A stretch of 64,000 nt of DNA, taken from positions 9,313,019 to 9,377,018 of the forward strand of contig CAVNZM010000003.1 of NCBI GenBank assembly GCA_963693365.1, given 5' to 3'. The notes below the pieces were generated by a model. The model worked only from the letters and a program-made list of their open reading frames with translations. It was not told the origin of the DNA and ran no database searches. Every line of letters starts with the position of its first letter. The first letter of the stretch is position 1. The position numbers and the translations under genes were made by a program. This document shows positions 1 through 12,416 of this stretch, piece after piece. The stretch comes from Amoebidium appalachense (lineage: Eukaryota; Protista; Ichthyosporea).

Positions 1-919
1 TTGGATTCGCTGGTCGTATTTTTCACCTATCCAATGTACACAACAGAGGGCGCATATAGGCTATAGCACCGTAACAGTTCACGTACGTTCAGGGTGTGAA
101 ATTGAGCATCACTTGACTTTAAGGACAAAATTTGTCGACCTCGACAGAACGTCCAAACGCCTAATGCCTGAAGCCCTTTCGAAAAAACGCCTTTGCAGAA
201 AAGCTTGACAGTAGCTCTTATTTTTCCAGGCCGACAATACTTTCCCTCCGAAGTGACTGATCACGGTGCCAACTCATGCGCTTGACTCGCCAGAGTCGGC
301 TTGGTCATAACGGTGGCTCAGGCCTCTGTCGTACGTGGCTAGTAGGAAGGGCGATGCAGTGTAGTCAAAACATCCGAGTTTGACTTTCGCTTCTAGGCGA
401 ATGCAGCTTCGAAGATGGTGCCCTCAAACACGACTTTGAAACTCACAAGCAGGCCCACCCCGAGTGGTACTGGCAGCCAGCTACGGGTACAAACCCAATA
501 ATGTAGGTGGCCCTCCAATTTAGCAGTTTTTCACGTTATGTATGCTGTCTTATGCAAGTGTGTGTCTCCGAGTCCCCTTAAATTTACAACAATATTCAGA
601 AGTTCAGGACATACAGTTTGAGGTCCCTGAAACCCTTTTTTCGTTGTGGTTTAATTCGTAATTTAGCTTGGAGAACCACTATTTTACGATACAGGCCACA
701 GTAAGTTCAAAGACAGCTTTGTGCCACAACCTTCAGTTCAAGTTGGGTAACAGTTGGCTAAATATTGCTCGTTGATGTGCATTTTCGTTGATGTGTATCA
801 CAACATGATGTTTAATAAGTAACAACTAGTTGGTAAGTTTAGTAACAACTAGTTGCCGTGCACGATGCTGGTGCGTGCACAACTATTTTTTATGTGGCTT
901 TGTTTTGAATGGTGCAAAA

Positions 920-2730
920 ATGACGCATAAACATTACCAAACTACGTGTTCTGACCTTGCGCATTTTTCCTACCCACGCAGCGCATTTTTCCAGCGCATC
1001 TTCTACAACCCCTTCTACTACGTGCGCCGTGTGCAGGACAACTTTGGCTGGCAGTTCCTCGTTCTGCTCATATCGGCCTACTTCTGCATTAAGGGCTACC
1101 TGTACCGGGGCTCGTCAACACCAGCCAGCTGCCCATGTTTGTCAAAAAAATGGGTGTGGACGCACAGGCGTACCAAACTTTCGGCAGTGTTGCCTTTATG
1201 CCCATGACTCTCAAACCACCGATGGGCATGTTGTCTGACATTGTCCCCATTGCCGGCTACTTCAAGAAGTGGTGGATTTTCATTGCCTCCCTCGCGGGGG
1301 GCATTTCCATTCCTCTGATTGGTGCCATTGATTTCGGTGCGGATGCAGGCGTGGTTGTTGCGATGATGTATTTCCTCACTATGTGGGAGGTAGCCATGGT
1401 CGATCTTCTAATAGAGGGCCGCTATGCCGCCGTGATGGTGGCCCATCCCGAGACATCCTCCGACGTACTTACGTGGGTTTGAGCCAATTTCTATCTCGGC
1501 CAGCTGGCGGTTACATGGGTCGTGGGCCCACTGGGCGACAAGTACTCGGAGACCAGAAACGACTGGTACATTAAGGGCATGTTCTTTGTTTCTTTCCCCT
1601 TTGCCATCCAGATCTGCGTGCCTCTGCTACTCAACTGTCTGGGCGAGACGCCGCTTCCTCCCCACCAGCACGGTATCCAGGTGGAGAAGTGGAAGAAGCA
1701 CATCAAGGTGTTCCAACTGGCCATCATCATGGGTGTCGGCGCTGCCGGCCTTACCATTATCTCATTGGTCAACAACAATTATTGGCGCCCGACGCTTGCT
1801 GCAAAGTCCCCGTATCTCGCGCAAATCGTTGTATTTGTGTACGCGGTGGCCACGTCGTTGCTTGTCATTGTTTGCAGCTTCTACATGCTCCCTAAAACGG
1901 TGGCCAAGGCACACCTATACATGTTCCTCGCGGCCGCTACATACATCGATGTTAAGGGTGTCATGGACATTTTCTACACCGGTGGCCCCAAGTGCATCCC
2001 TGACAGTCCCGCATTCGACCTGAAGTACTACATCACCATCAGCGGGAGCATTCAGGCGGTGACGGGCTGCCTTGGTGTTGTTCTCTTCCAGGCCAGCATG
2101 AGTGAGTGGGAGTTCAGGCCCTGTTTCTGGGTCAACACGACGCTACAGTGCCTTGCCGCGGTGTTCGACATCATCATCGCCAAACGGTGGAACATTGCCA
2201 TCGGCATCAGCGACAAGGTCATGTACATTCTCGGCTACAACATTGTCTACATCGTGTGCTACATGTTGCACTTTATGCCCGTCATGGTCCTGATCTCCAA
2301 GTTGTGCCCCAAGGGAATGGAGGCTACCCTGTATGCTCTCCTTGCCGGGCTCAGCAACTTTGGTCTCGTCGTCTCAAAGACCCTCGGCGTGTACTTGATT
2401 GCGGAGCTGGGCGTGAACATGAAGGCCACGGGGCCGTGCCAATACGACAACCTTCCCACGCTCATTGGCATCTCGCACATTGTCATTCCCGTTTTTATTC
2501 AGACTCCCTGCACGTTCAATCTCATCCATAAGGGCCGCCTTACAGACCCCGTCGCCCCGGAGGAGTTGGAGTCCTTGGCTGCTGGTGAAGATGGGGGGGT
2601 CCATGGAAATTTCGATGGAAATTTCGACGACAACGCTAGTCCCGAACAGGGTGACGTCACGACGGCGGATAAGCTTCCCGGCACGATCCCGCCAGCAGAC
2701 GAAAAGAAGGCTTACTTGAGCGAGGCTTGA
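920..2730 (+). pseudogene. BT1/FBT-family folate-biopterin (pteridine) transporter, intronless, disrupted by one frameshift and one in-frame stop
   Basis: Three supplied ORFs (830-1207, 1135-1482, 1522-2730) join into one multi-TM MFS protein starting at ATG 920. Adding one G to GGGG at 1107-1110 gives YLYRGLVNTSQLPMF. TGA at 1480-1482 lies in frame in TWV*ANFYLGQ. Family motifs present: KPxxGMLSDxxPIxGY, DLLIEGRYA, FYTGGPKCIPDSPAF, MPVMVLISKLCPKGMEATLYALLAGLSNFG. Confidence 0.85.
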
Positions 2731-3435
2731 TTAATATTATTGTATAATTTAAAATTAAATTTTACTGTGTGTAGTGTTTGTTGTCATCCTGCGAGCTCGA
2801 GCTGAGCGATTTGCTCTGCGGGCTCGGTTTGTGGTGGTGTTGGTTTTTAGTATTATTTTAATTGAATGATTGGACTGCTTGTATATAATTAATTCGTGGG
2901 CAAAATGCCCTCGTAGTCAGCCTAGGCTGTGTCTTAGCTCATAGAGTCTGTCCAAAAGCCTATGGACAGTGTTCATAATTCAATCAAGCGTAATTATTAA
3001 CTCATCATGGGGTTTTATAAACGGCCGTAATCATGAACTCATGCTTGGGGTTTAATCGACCGTAACTACATCTCGAACCAGTATTGATTGGTAGAACAGC
3101 ATTAGTAGTTGTCCGTGTTCAGGCAATATTTCGTCTTGCCTTCACATGGAGCAGTACGGTGACCCCATGGTAACTTGCCCCGGAAATTCTAAATTGAATG
3201 AGTGCACATGTTGTACGACAAGATTTATTTATTTCCAAACCGTTGGTTGTAGCCGTATTTGTTTAAAAACCTCCTCCTTCCTCCCCCCCCCCCCCCCCCC
3301 CCCCTCTCTTTCTCGCTTTCTCTAGATCTCTCTCTCCCTCTCCCTCTCTCCCTCCCTCTCTCTCTCTCTCTAGAGCTCTCTAGAGCTCTCTAGAGCTCTT
3401 TAGAGCTCTCTTCTCTCTCCCTCTCTCTAGATATC

Positions 3436-3470
<35 letters not shown>

Positions 3471-3499
3471 CTCTCTCTAGTCTCTCTCTCTCCCCCCCC

Positions 3500-3533
<34 letters not shown>

Positions 3534-3673
3534 ACCCACCCACCCACTTACCCACCCACCCAAACCCGTAGCTCTCAAACGTTATTCGAAAGTGTGGGTG
3601 ATAAACCGTTTCCCTCCTGGCACCCTGAAACCACCACATTCCTGTACAAGAAATCCCCCCCCCCCCCCCCCCC

Positions 3674-4319
3674 GGTATCCCCATGGGTACAAACTGTGCT
3701 GTTTTCTTGGCTAATTTCTATCTCTTTACTTATGAGTTGGATTTTGTTCGCAAGCTTATTGCACACGACCGCATTGATGTCTTGGTAGATTTTCAGATTA
3801 CTCGCCGCTACATAGATGATTTGATCTCCCTTCATAATCCTCGCATTCTCTCCCACCTCTATTCGCATAGAAGATTGTGATTTCGGTCTATAGCTATATC
3901 CCAAGACCAGCCTTCAACTCAACCCTGCCGGTTCCTCCCCCTCTGTCCCCTACCTCGACTTGCATATCACCTGCACTAATCACGGCATTCACACAACCAT
4001 CTACAACAAGCTCGACACACCCACGTTCAATACACTAGACATCGTTCGTTTCCCACATCACGACTCATTCATCTCCCGCACTGCAAAATACAGCATCATG
4101 ACAAGTCAAATGCATAGCTACCAGCGCAAATGCTCCACACTTGCTGCATTCACCACATGCACTGCACGACTTGCTAAAACATTGCTTAACAAAGGCTACT
4201 CGTTTAGACTCTTGCACCAACAAATGCACAGTTTTCTCGCCACACACCCGCACATATACCGTGGCGTTCACTCCTCTCACATACTCTCCGTCATCACTAA
4301 AAAGATCAACGCTCCCTAG
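3674..4319 (+). mobile_element. 5'-truncated Penelope-like retroelement reverse transcriptase (palm + thumb), frameshifted
   Basis: GIPMGTNCAVFLANFYL...RYIDD, then after a frameshift near 3870-3895 LYPK...VPYLDL...TTIYNK...FP...SFI...SQ...RKC...L..KGY. These are PLE RT motifs. The ORF ends at TAG 4317-4319 with no C-terminal GIY-YIG. (C)n tracts flank both sides. Confidence 0.85.
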
Positions 4320-4336
4320 TCCCCCACTCTATCCCG

Positions 4337-4368
<32 letters not shown>

Positions 4369-4559
4369 TACCAGCCCCTACACCCTCCCCCCCCCCCCCC
4401 CCCCTCCCTCCCTCTCTCTCTCCCCCTCTCTCTCTCCCTCTCCCTCTCTCTCCCTCCCTCTCTCTCTCTCTCTGTCTCCCTCTCTCTCTCTCTTTCGTTC
4501 TCTCTCGTTCTCTCCCTCCCTCTCTCTCTCTCTCCCTCTCCCCCCTCTCTCCCCCTCTC

Positions 4560-4604
<45 letters not shown>

Positions 4605-4767
4605 CTCTCTCTCCCCCGCTCCTTTTCCCAAACAATTCCCCCGCCGTTCTTCTTTCTCAGCCGGCTAGGTTTTTGGGTTGCCTGGTAAGTTTTGAAATGG
4701 AGGTCTCGTCTCTGATCTGTCCACCACAGGGTTTTTTTTTTTTTTTTTTTTTTTTCCTCTCTCTCCT

Positions 4768-4806
<39 letters not shown>

Positions 4807-4967
4807 TTTTTTTTTTTTTTTTTTTTTTCTTCTCCTCCTCCCCCCCCCCCCCCCCCCCCCCCCTCCCTCCCTCCCTCCCCTCCCTTCGCCCTTCGCCCTT
4901 CCCCGGCCTACTCCCCCCCCCCCCCCCCTTCCCCTCCTACCTTCTTTCCCCCCCCCCCCCCCCCCCC

Positions 4968-5000
<33 letters not shown>

Positions 5001-5029
5001 TTGGCCAAACCCTGTATACACTCCTCTCA

Positions 5030-5150
5030 TCAGCAGGTCTCTAACCCACTCTGCAGAACGTTTTACGCATTTCTCCCCTTGGAGAACTTGGTCGTTGGTG
5101 CGTTTTTGTCTGATATCTAACGACTCTGCAGGGTCCCCTGAGACTACTGA
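5030..5150. repeat. Structured repeat, copy A (long stem with internal hairpin)
   Basis: Self-complementary segments GGTCTC/GAGACT, ACCC/GGGT, CTGCAGA/TCTGCAG, CGTT/AACG, ACGCAT/GTGCGT and TTCTCC-cctt-GGAGAA. Alignable to 5245-5357. Confidence 0.6.
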
Positions 5151-5244
5151 CACTCTAACATTCCCTCCCCTCTCTTACTTCACCCCCCCCCCCCCCCCCC
5201 CCCCCCCTCCTCCTTCCCCTCCCATTTTCTCTGCACACTCAACA

Positions 5245-5357
5245 GGTCTTAACCAGCTCTGCACATCGTTAGTCACAATCTTCTCACATATATGAGAGAA
5301 TGATCGTATTGGTACGATTTGTCTAATATCTGACGATTCTGCAGCATCCCTAAGACC
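5245..5357. repeat. Structured repeat, copy B
   Basis: GGTCTTA/TAAGACC, TGCA/TGCA, ATCGTTAG/CTGACGAT, TTCTC...GAGAA and ATCGTA-ttgg-TACGAT. Diverged paralogue of 5030-5150. Runs into a C-rich tract. Confidence 0.6.
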
Positions 5358-5397
5358 CCCCTCCCCCCCCTCCCCCCCCCCCCCCCCCCCCCCACCT

Positions 5398-5553
<156 letters not shown>

Positions 5554-5617
5554 GGCGCCTGTTGTTTTGCTTGTCATTTGTTGTTCTGGTTGATTACCTG
5601 TAATCTTCGCTTATTTA

Positions 5618-5648
<31 letters not shown>

Positions 5649-6305
5649 TGTGCGGGGTTGCACATACCGGTGTCTACTTTTCTTCTTACTGTTTTTCTCT
5701 CCACACACTTCATCTGTCCACTTCTGCATACCCCCTTTCATAGCTATAGACACACTTCACACATTGCGTTACGCGCACGCATGCACACACCGCTCTGTTG
5801 GCGACAGCTCCCTTGGAACCCATGCGGCATGTTATCCGTCGGCGTAACATAACTCGGACTATCGGTTTGGCTTTTTTCAAGCCCAAAGCAATGGGTGATA
5901 CCATATTTCCGGCTGACATCCGGGGGCATAGCTTTCCGTTCGAAGACGATAAAGTTTCGCCCTAGTAAGCGTTTTACTACCCTGCGGCGTGGGTCAAATC
6001 TCATATTTTCCCCTCTGATTGCGAATTCTGCGGCCTTCGGGACTTAATTCTTTTCAGCTGGTGTAGTATGTTAGCCAGGGAAGTATCGACTTAGGTATCG
6101 ACGGGGGAGCTTCCTAGAAGCCCCGTCTCCTGAGTTCCTATCTATATTTTTCTTGCTTCTGCTTACTGCTGCAACTTTAACCCCCGGCCTTTCCCACTGC
6201 CCATGCCTGCATAAGCAACCCTGCTCGTCTCTGATCAAGACGGGTGACCTACTCATGTTCAAGTGAAACAGTATCTGAGTTGGGTTTCGTTAACGAGGGG
6301 AATAG

Positions 6306-6449
6306 GTCGAAACTCGGGTACTGTGGATGACGTGGGCCCCCCCTGAGGATGGGCTCTGCTTATTATGCATACTCTTTATGTATGGCTTGCATTCTGCATC
6401 GTGTTATCCGTTTGTTCTTGTGTACTTCGTACTTTTTGACGCATTCAAA
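6306..6449 (+). mobile_element. Dispersed repeat ending in (C)n, copy 1 (the element may extend further 5')
   Basis: Nearly identical to the reverse complement of 26286-26427 (two substitutions plus homopolymer length differences seen). Both copies end ...GACGCATTCAA(A) followed by (C)n. Confidence 0.8.
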
Positions 6450-6526
6450 CCCCCCCCCCGCCTCCCCCCCGAACCCAAAAACCCCTTCGCTCTATTTCTT
6501 CTAGCTCTCTCCCCAACTCGGCAGTC

Positions 6527-6597
<71 letters not shown>

Positions 6598-6698
6598 CTC
6601 CCTCTCCCTCCCTCTCTCCCTCCCTCCCTCCCTCCCTCCCTCCCTCCCTCAGGCTCCCTCCCTCCCTCCCTCCCTCTCTCTCTCTCTCTCCCCCCCCT

Positions 6699-6744
<46 letters not shown>

Positions 6745-7213
6745 AAAAATTTTTTTTAAAAAAAAAAACTGGCTGGGCACCCACCCACCTACCCACACAG
6801 CGTGCACAAGTACAGTGTGTCACCGACTTTCCCCTGCCCCAGCCTCCCCCCCCCCCCCCCCCCCCCCCCCCCCTGCCCTCTGCCCTTAGGTTTTCTTGAA
6901 TTTGAAACGAAGGGGGAGTGCTAGTAGTACATAGTAAATGGGGGGGGAGGGGGGGGGGGGGAGGGGGGGGGGGAGGAAAGAGGGGGGGGGGGGGGGGGGT
7001 CGGAGCTCGGAGGGTCGGGGGGCAGGGGGGGAACACCACCCAGGGAGGACCCACCCAAAAATGACATGATAGTAGTCTGTAATATTGGAAGCGTCTTCTC
7101 GATAAACATCTACTGCTAATCATTAAAACGTATCTAATTAATATCATTATATCAGGCTCTGTGACCTGCTTACACGAGTTAGGAACCCCCTTCCCTCCCC
7201 CCCCCCCCCCCCC

Positions 7214-7338
<125 letters not shown>

Positions 7339-7405
7339 CCATACACACACACATTGAGCGCACGTATGCACAGTGTCACACGCACGCACACATGCATTGC
7401 GAGCG

Positions 7406-7464
<59 letters not shown>

Positions 7465-8077
7465 GTACTACACACAGCCTACCGCTGCACACAATGTCAT
7501 ACACCTAACAGATAGCCAGGAGAAAAAACAAAACCACTACTCGTACATGGGTACGTGCCATGCAGGCACGCACACACGCATGAAGCCTCGTGACGCTCGT
7601 AAGCACACATGCACTGAACTCTGACACACACACACACACGCACGCTTTCGGGCACGCCCACAGACTGCCGCATGCGCAGCGTAATGATGATGCTCAAGGC
7701 CACGGTGGCATATAATGATGCGCGCGCACTCATGGCACATGTTAGTATTCTGAATCCCTTTGCTGAATCCCTTTAAATATTTTCTCTCTTACTGACTCCC
7801 CCCCCCCCCCCCCCCCCTTTCTCCCCCCCCCCCCTTCCCCCCCCCCCCCACCCCCACCCCACCCCCCACTCCCCCCCCCCCCCCCCCCCCGGGACCCGGC
7901 ACCCGGCACCCCCACCAACCCCCCAGTCTCACTCACTATTACCCACCTCCCCACCCCCCCACCCCCTCACCCCCTCCCTCCCGTGGTAAATTAATCCGTT
8001 TGGCGCAAACCATCCATGCATCATGCACCGTCATGCATGCATCATCACCAACAACAGAAACAGACACACACACACAA

Positions 8078-9530
8078 TATGGGAATACAGACGCACACAC
8101 ACATTATGGGAATACAGACGCACACACACATTATGGGAATACAGACGCACACACACATTATGGGAATACAGACGCACGCACACACATTATGGGAATACAG
8201 ACGCACACACACATTATGGGAATACAGACGCACAAATACATTATGGGAATACAGACGCACACACACATTATGGGAATACAGACGCACACACACATCATGG
8301 GAATACAGACGCACACACACATTATGGGAATACAGACACACACACACATTATGGGAATACAGACGCACACACACATTATGGGAATACAGACACACACACA
8401 CATTATGGGAATGCAGACACACACACATTATGGGAATGCAGACACACACACATTATGGGAATGCAGACACACACACACATTATGGGAATGCAGACACACA
8501 CACACATTATGGGAATGCAGACAGACACGCACATTATGGGAATGCAGACACACACACATTATGGGAATGCAGACACACACACACATTATGGGAATGCAGA
8601 CACACACACACATTATGGGAATGCAGACACACACACACATTATGGGGATGCAGACACACACACACACATTATGGGGATACAGACACACACACACATTATG
8701 GGAATACAGACACACACACACATTATGGGAATACAGACACACACACACATTATGGGAATGCAGACACACACACACACATTATGGGAATGCAGACACACAC
8801 ACACATTATGGGAATACAGACACACACACACACATTATGGAAATACAGACACACACACACATTATGGGATACAGACACACACACACATCATGGGAATGCA
8901 GACACACACACACATCATGGGAATGCAGACACACACACACATCATGGGAATGCAGGCAGACACACATATCATGGGAATGCACACACACGTCATGGGAATG
9001 CAGACACACACACACATTATGGGAATGCAGACACACACACACATTATGGGAATGCAGACACACACACACACATTATGGGAATGCAGACACACACACACAT
9101 TATGGGAATGCAGACACACACACACATTATGGGAATGCAGACACACACACACACATTATGGGAATGCAGACAAACACACACATTTTGGGAATGCAGACAC
9201 ACACACATTATGGGAATGCAGACACACACACACATTACGGGAATGCAGACACACACACGCATTATGGGAATGCAGACGCACACACACATTATGGGAATGC
9301 AGACACACACACACATTATGGGAATGCAGACACACACACACATTATGGGAATGCAGACACACACACACATTATGGGAATGCAGACACACACACACATTAT
9401 GGGAATGCAGACACACACACACACATTATGGGAATGCAGACACACACACACATTATAAGGGAATACAGACACACACACACATTATGGGAATACAGACCGT
9501 ACACACACATTATGGGAATACACACACACT
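8078..9530. repeat. Compound minisatellite, ~25-bp unit ATTATGGGAAT(A/G)CAG + (AC)n, roughly 55-60 units
   Basis: Directly visible tandem array. It generates the spurious 480-553 aa ORFs. Confidence 0.97.
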
Positions 9531-11943
9531 TGCCACGGAAGGCACACGCATGCACGTGCAAGTTTGTGCCAGGTAAAGTTTTGGTAGACTTTCAATCACT
9601 GACACACACTGTGACGGACACAACACACGGGCACACATACATACACAAACACACACACTGACACGCAGACACCCACATGCACCGTGACTGTCACACCCAC
9701 ACTTATACACACACCCTCGGGCTCTTTTCTGGCACATAACACGTGAAATGCCATGTAATTTCGCACATGCTTGCGCATTGCGTGCACACAAATTGCACAT
9801 GTGGTTTGACGTTGACTCACGCAGGTCACTACAATTTTAAGCAGTTCCGATTGTATCGTGCATGTATCATATGATGCAGTCAAACACACCTTACTTACGG
9901 ACAAATACACACACACACGTCAACATGACACACAAGGCTTCGTCGCGCACGCACACTCGCAGGGGAAATGTTGTTAATGATAGCTCTGCTCCATTCAAAT
10001 TCGAAGCGCTGGTCAAAACGAAGGCCGAAGAGGTAACTTAGCCTTGATCAAGTGATCATCAGTGGTGATGGATGAGAGGGGAGGGGTGGTTGGGTGGGTC
10101 GGTGGGTGGGTGGGTGGGGGGGGGGGAGAAGAGGAGAGCCTCCGAGAAAGACTGAGAGAGGGGTGCGCAGTCGTGGCCGGCAGGGAGGCTCTCGTCAGAC
10201 TCCCCGCGGAGGGGGGAAGTGGGGCGGAGGGGAGGGGGAGGGGGGTGCCGGGGAGGGGACCGGGGGGGTCCCACCACCTCACCACAGATGTTTTTTCCTC
10301 CCGGACACCACCCCGGCGGTCAGCTTGGGAAGGGAGGGGAGGGGAGGGGAGGGGGGAGGGGTTGGGAGGAAGGGGGGGGGGGGGGGGGGGGGGGGGGGGC
10401 GGGGATGACCCACCACCCCCTCGAGCAGGCCAGCCCCCCCACTTAAGGGAGGGGGGGAGGGGGGGCGGGGGAGGGGGGAGGAAGGGGGGAGGGGGGGGGG
10501 GGAGAGAGAGAACCCACGACCTCCTCGAGCATGTGGGCCCCCCCACCTAAGGGGGGGGGGAGGGGGAGGGGGGGTGGCACCACCAGGGGGGGCCTCTATC
10601 ATACAGGGCTATTGCCTAACCCCCCATTTCAAATCCAAAAAAGCCTTTAAAGTTAGCGGGATACTCAAATGGCAACGGTGACAGGCCTTTTTCCCCTAAA
10701 TTTGTCTTTCTATCTTGATTATGGTTGGGGATTCAATACCTTGTACTGTATAGACTCAGTAGCAGACCGAGGAAACGAGGAGGAGCGGGCGTGTTTGTTT
10801 GCATTGGGCTGGGGTTGGGCAAGGGGTGGTTTTGGTTTTTTTTTTTTTTATGTTTGAAAGGGGGGGGGGGGGGGGGGGGGGGCATATTGGGGGGGAAGGG
10901 AGGGGGCTAGGGGGAGGGGGGGGGGGGGGGGCATTATTGACGCGGTTGCACTTGAGGCTGCACGGGGAGATGTGGGGAAGAGCTTCAGTCGAGCCTAACG
11001 ATCACCGAATGTACTGATTGGTGGTTTTACAAATTTTGGCACGTGCACTATGTGAGGGTGGAAATCCAAATGTGTGCACGTGTGTGCCAGTTTTAAGTAT
11101 TTGCAACTCAGACGGTTTCATCAAATACTTTAATATGTATGGCCATAGGCTGATGTATCCTACATAGATAGCGCTACCCTTCAAACCACTGTGTCTCTGT
11201 AAGATAAGGACTATACTTTACAGTTGGGGGTGAGTGATGGGGGGAGAGGGGGGAGAGAGAGAGAGAGAGAGAGATAGAGAGAGAGAGAGGGGGGAAGACT
11301 GGGGGGGGGGGGGGGGGGGGGGGGGGGGAGATACGATGCCACAACGTGTGCACACATACTAGTGCACTATCATATCATATAGGCTATGTAGGCGGTACAT
11401 GCACATGTACAGCTGCCACGGCTAGCTAGAAGGGGCCCGGGGGAGGAGAAGGAAGAGGAGGAGGAGGGGGGGGGGGGCAGGAGCAAGACTAGCTAGTGTT
11501 TTGTATGAAGAGGGATAGCGGAGAGGGACATGTCAGTCTCAGAGACTGTATTACATGAGAGGCAGCGGTTCGAGGGCCTCAGCCCAAGAAAGTGATGCAC
11601 ACACACACAGAGAGAGAGAGAAAAAGAGAGAAAGAGAGAGAGAGGGGGGAGGGGGGGGGGGGGGGGGGGGCGGGTGTACAGTGTACAGGGGGGGTTGCCA
11701 CTGAATTTGGCTAGCATGTTCTTCATTCCATGACAACATATACGTAATTGCCGTGTGACACACTTTATAAGATGTTGTACTCCATCTAGCTGCACGGCCG
11801 GCGCCTGCCAGCTGAAGCTAGCTGACTATTTACCCGTCTGCCGACGTCGACAGCCCGTTTGGTTCTTTTACTTTTCTTCTGATTCCTCCCCCCCCCCCCC
11901 CCCCCCCCCCCCTTTCTTCTCTCTGTCTCAGCTCACACACCGT

Positions 11944-11977
<34 letters not shown>

Positions 11978-12154
11978 CCCCCCCCCCCCCCCCCTGTCCC
12001 CCTCTCTGTCTCTCCCTCCTCTCTTTCTCCCTCTCTCTCTGTTTACCCTCTCTCTGTCGCCTCCCCCCCCCCCCCCCCCCCCCTCCCCCCGAGTATCTCT
12101 CTCTTCTCTCTCTCACACACACACACACACACACTGTACGCACACACACACACA

Positions 12155-12221
<67 letters not shown>

Positions 12222-12264
12222 CCCCCCTCTCTCTTTCCCTCTCTCTCCCGACTCTCCCCCCCTC

Positions 12265-12296
<32 letters not shown>

Positions 12297-12369
12297 CCAC
12301 TCCCTCCTCTCTACCCCCGACCTCCCTTTCCCCTCCTCTCTCCCCCTCTTTCCCTGTGTCACGGTGACG

Positions 12370-12416
<47 letters not shown>

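Noticed and set aside
1480-1482. Alternative genetic code with TGA = Trp
   Set aside because: TGA terminates BT1 itself, the PH-like gene and the 59343 ORF. Trp is TGG elsewhere, and the same gene also has a frameshift.
5744-6262. Short minus-strand ORFs upstream of the dispersed repeat
   Set aside because: No recognisable motifs, and stops occur in all frames. Possibly decayed element sequence, but not supportable.
6267-6357. Hammerhead ribozyme (GAAAC-UCGG-GUA plus CUGAGGA)
   Set aside because: Stems I and II cannot be formed convincingly, and CUGAGGA is CUGAGAA in the second copy.
8078-9530. CRISPR-like repeat-spacer appearance (also at 27476-27646 and 40793-41418)
   Set aside because: Spacers are (AC)n or related T-rich linkers, repeats are short or degenerate, there are no cas genes, and the context is eukaryotic with spliced genes.
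8000-9661. Long ORFs of 480-553 aa in all three plus frames
   Set aside because: They are translations of a stop-free minisatellite and show no protein-like complexity.
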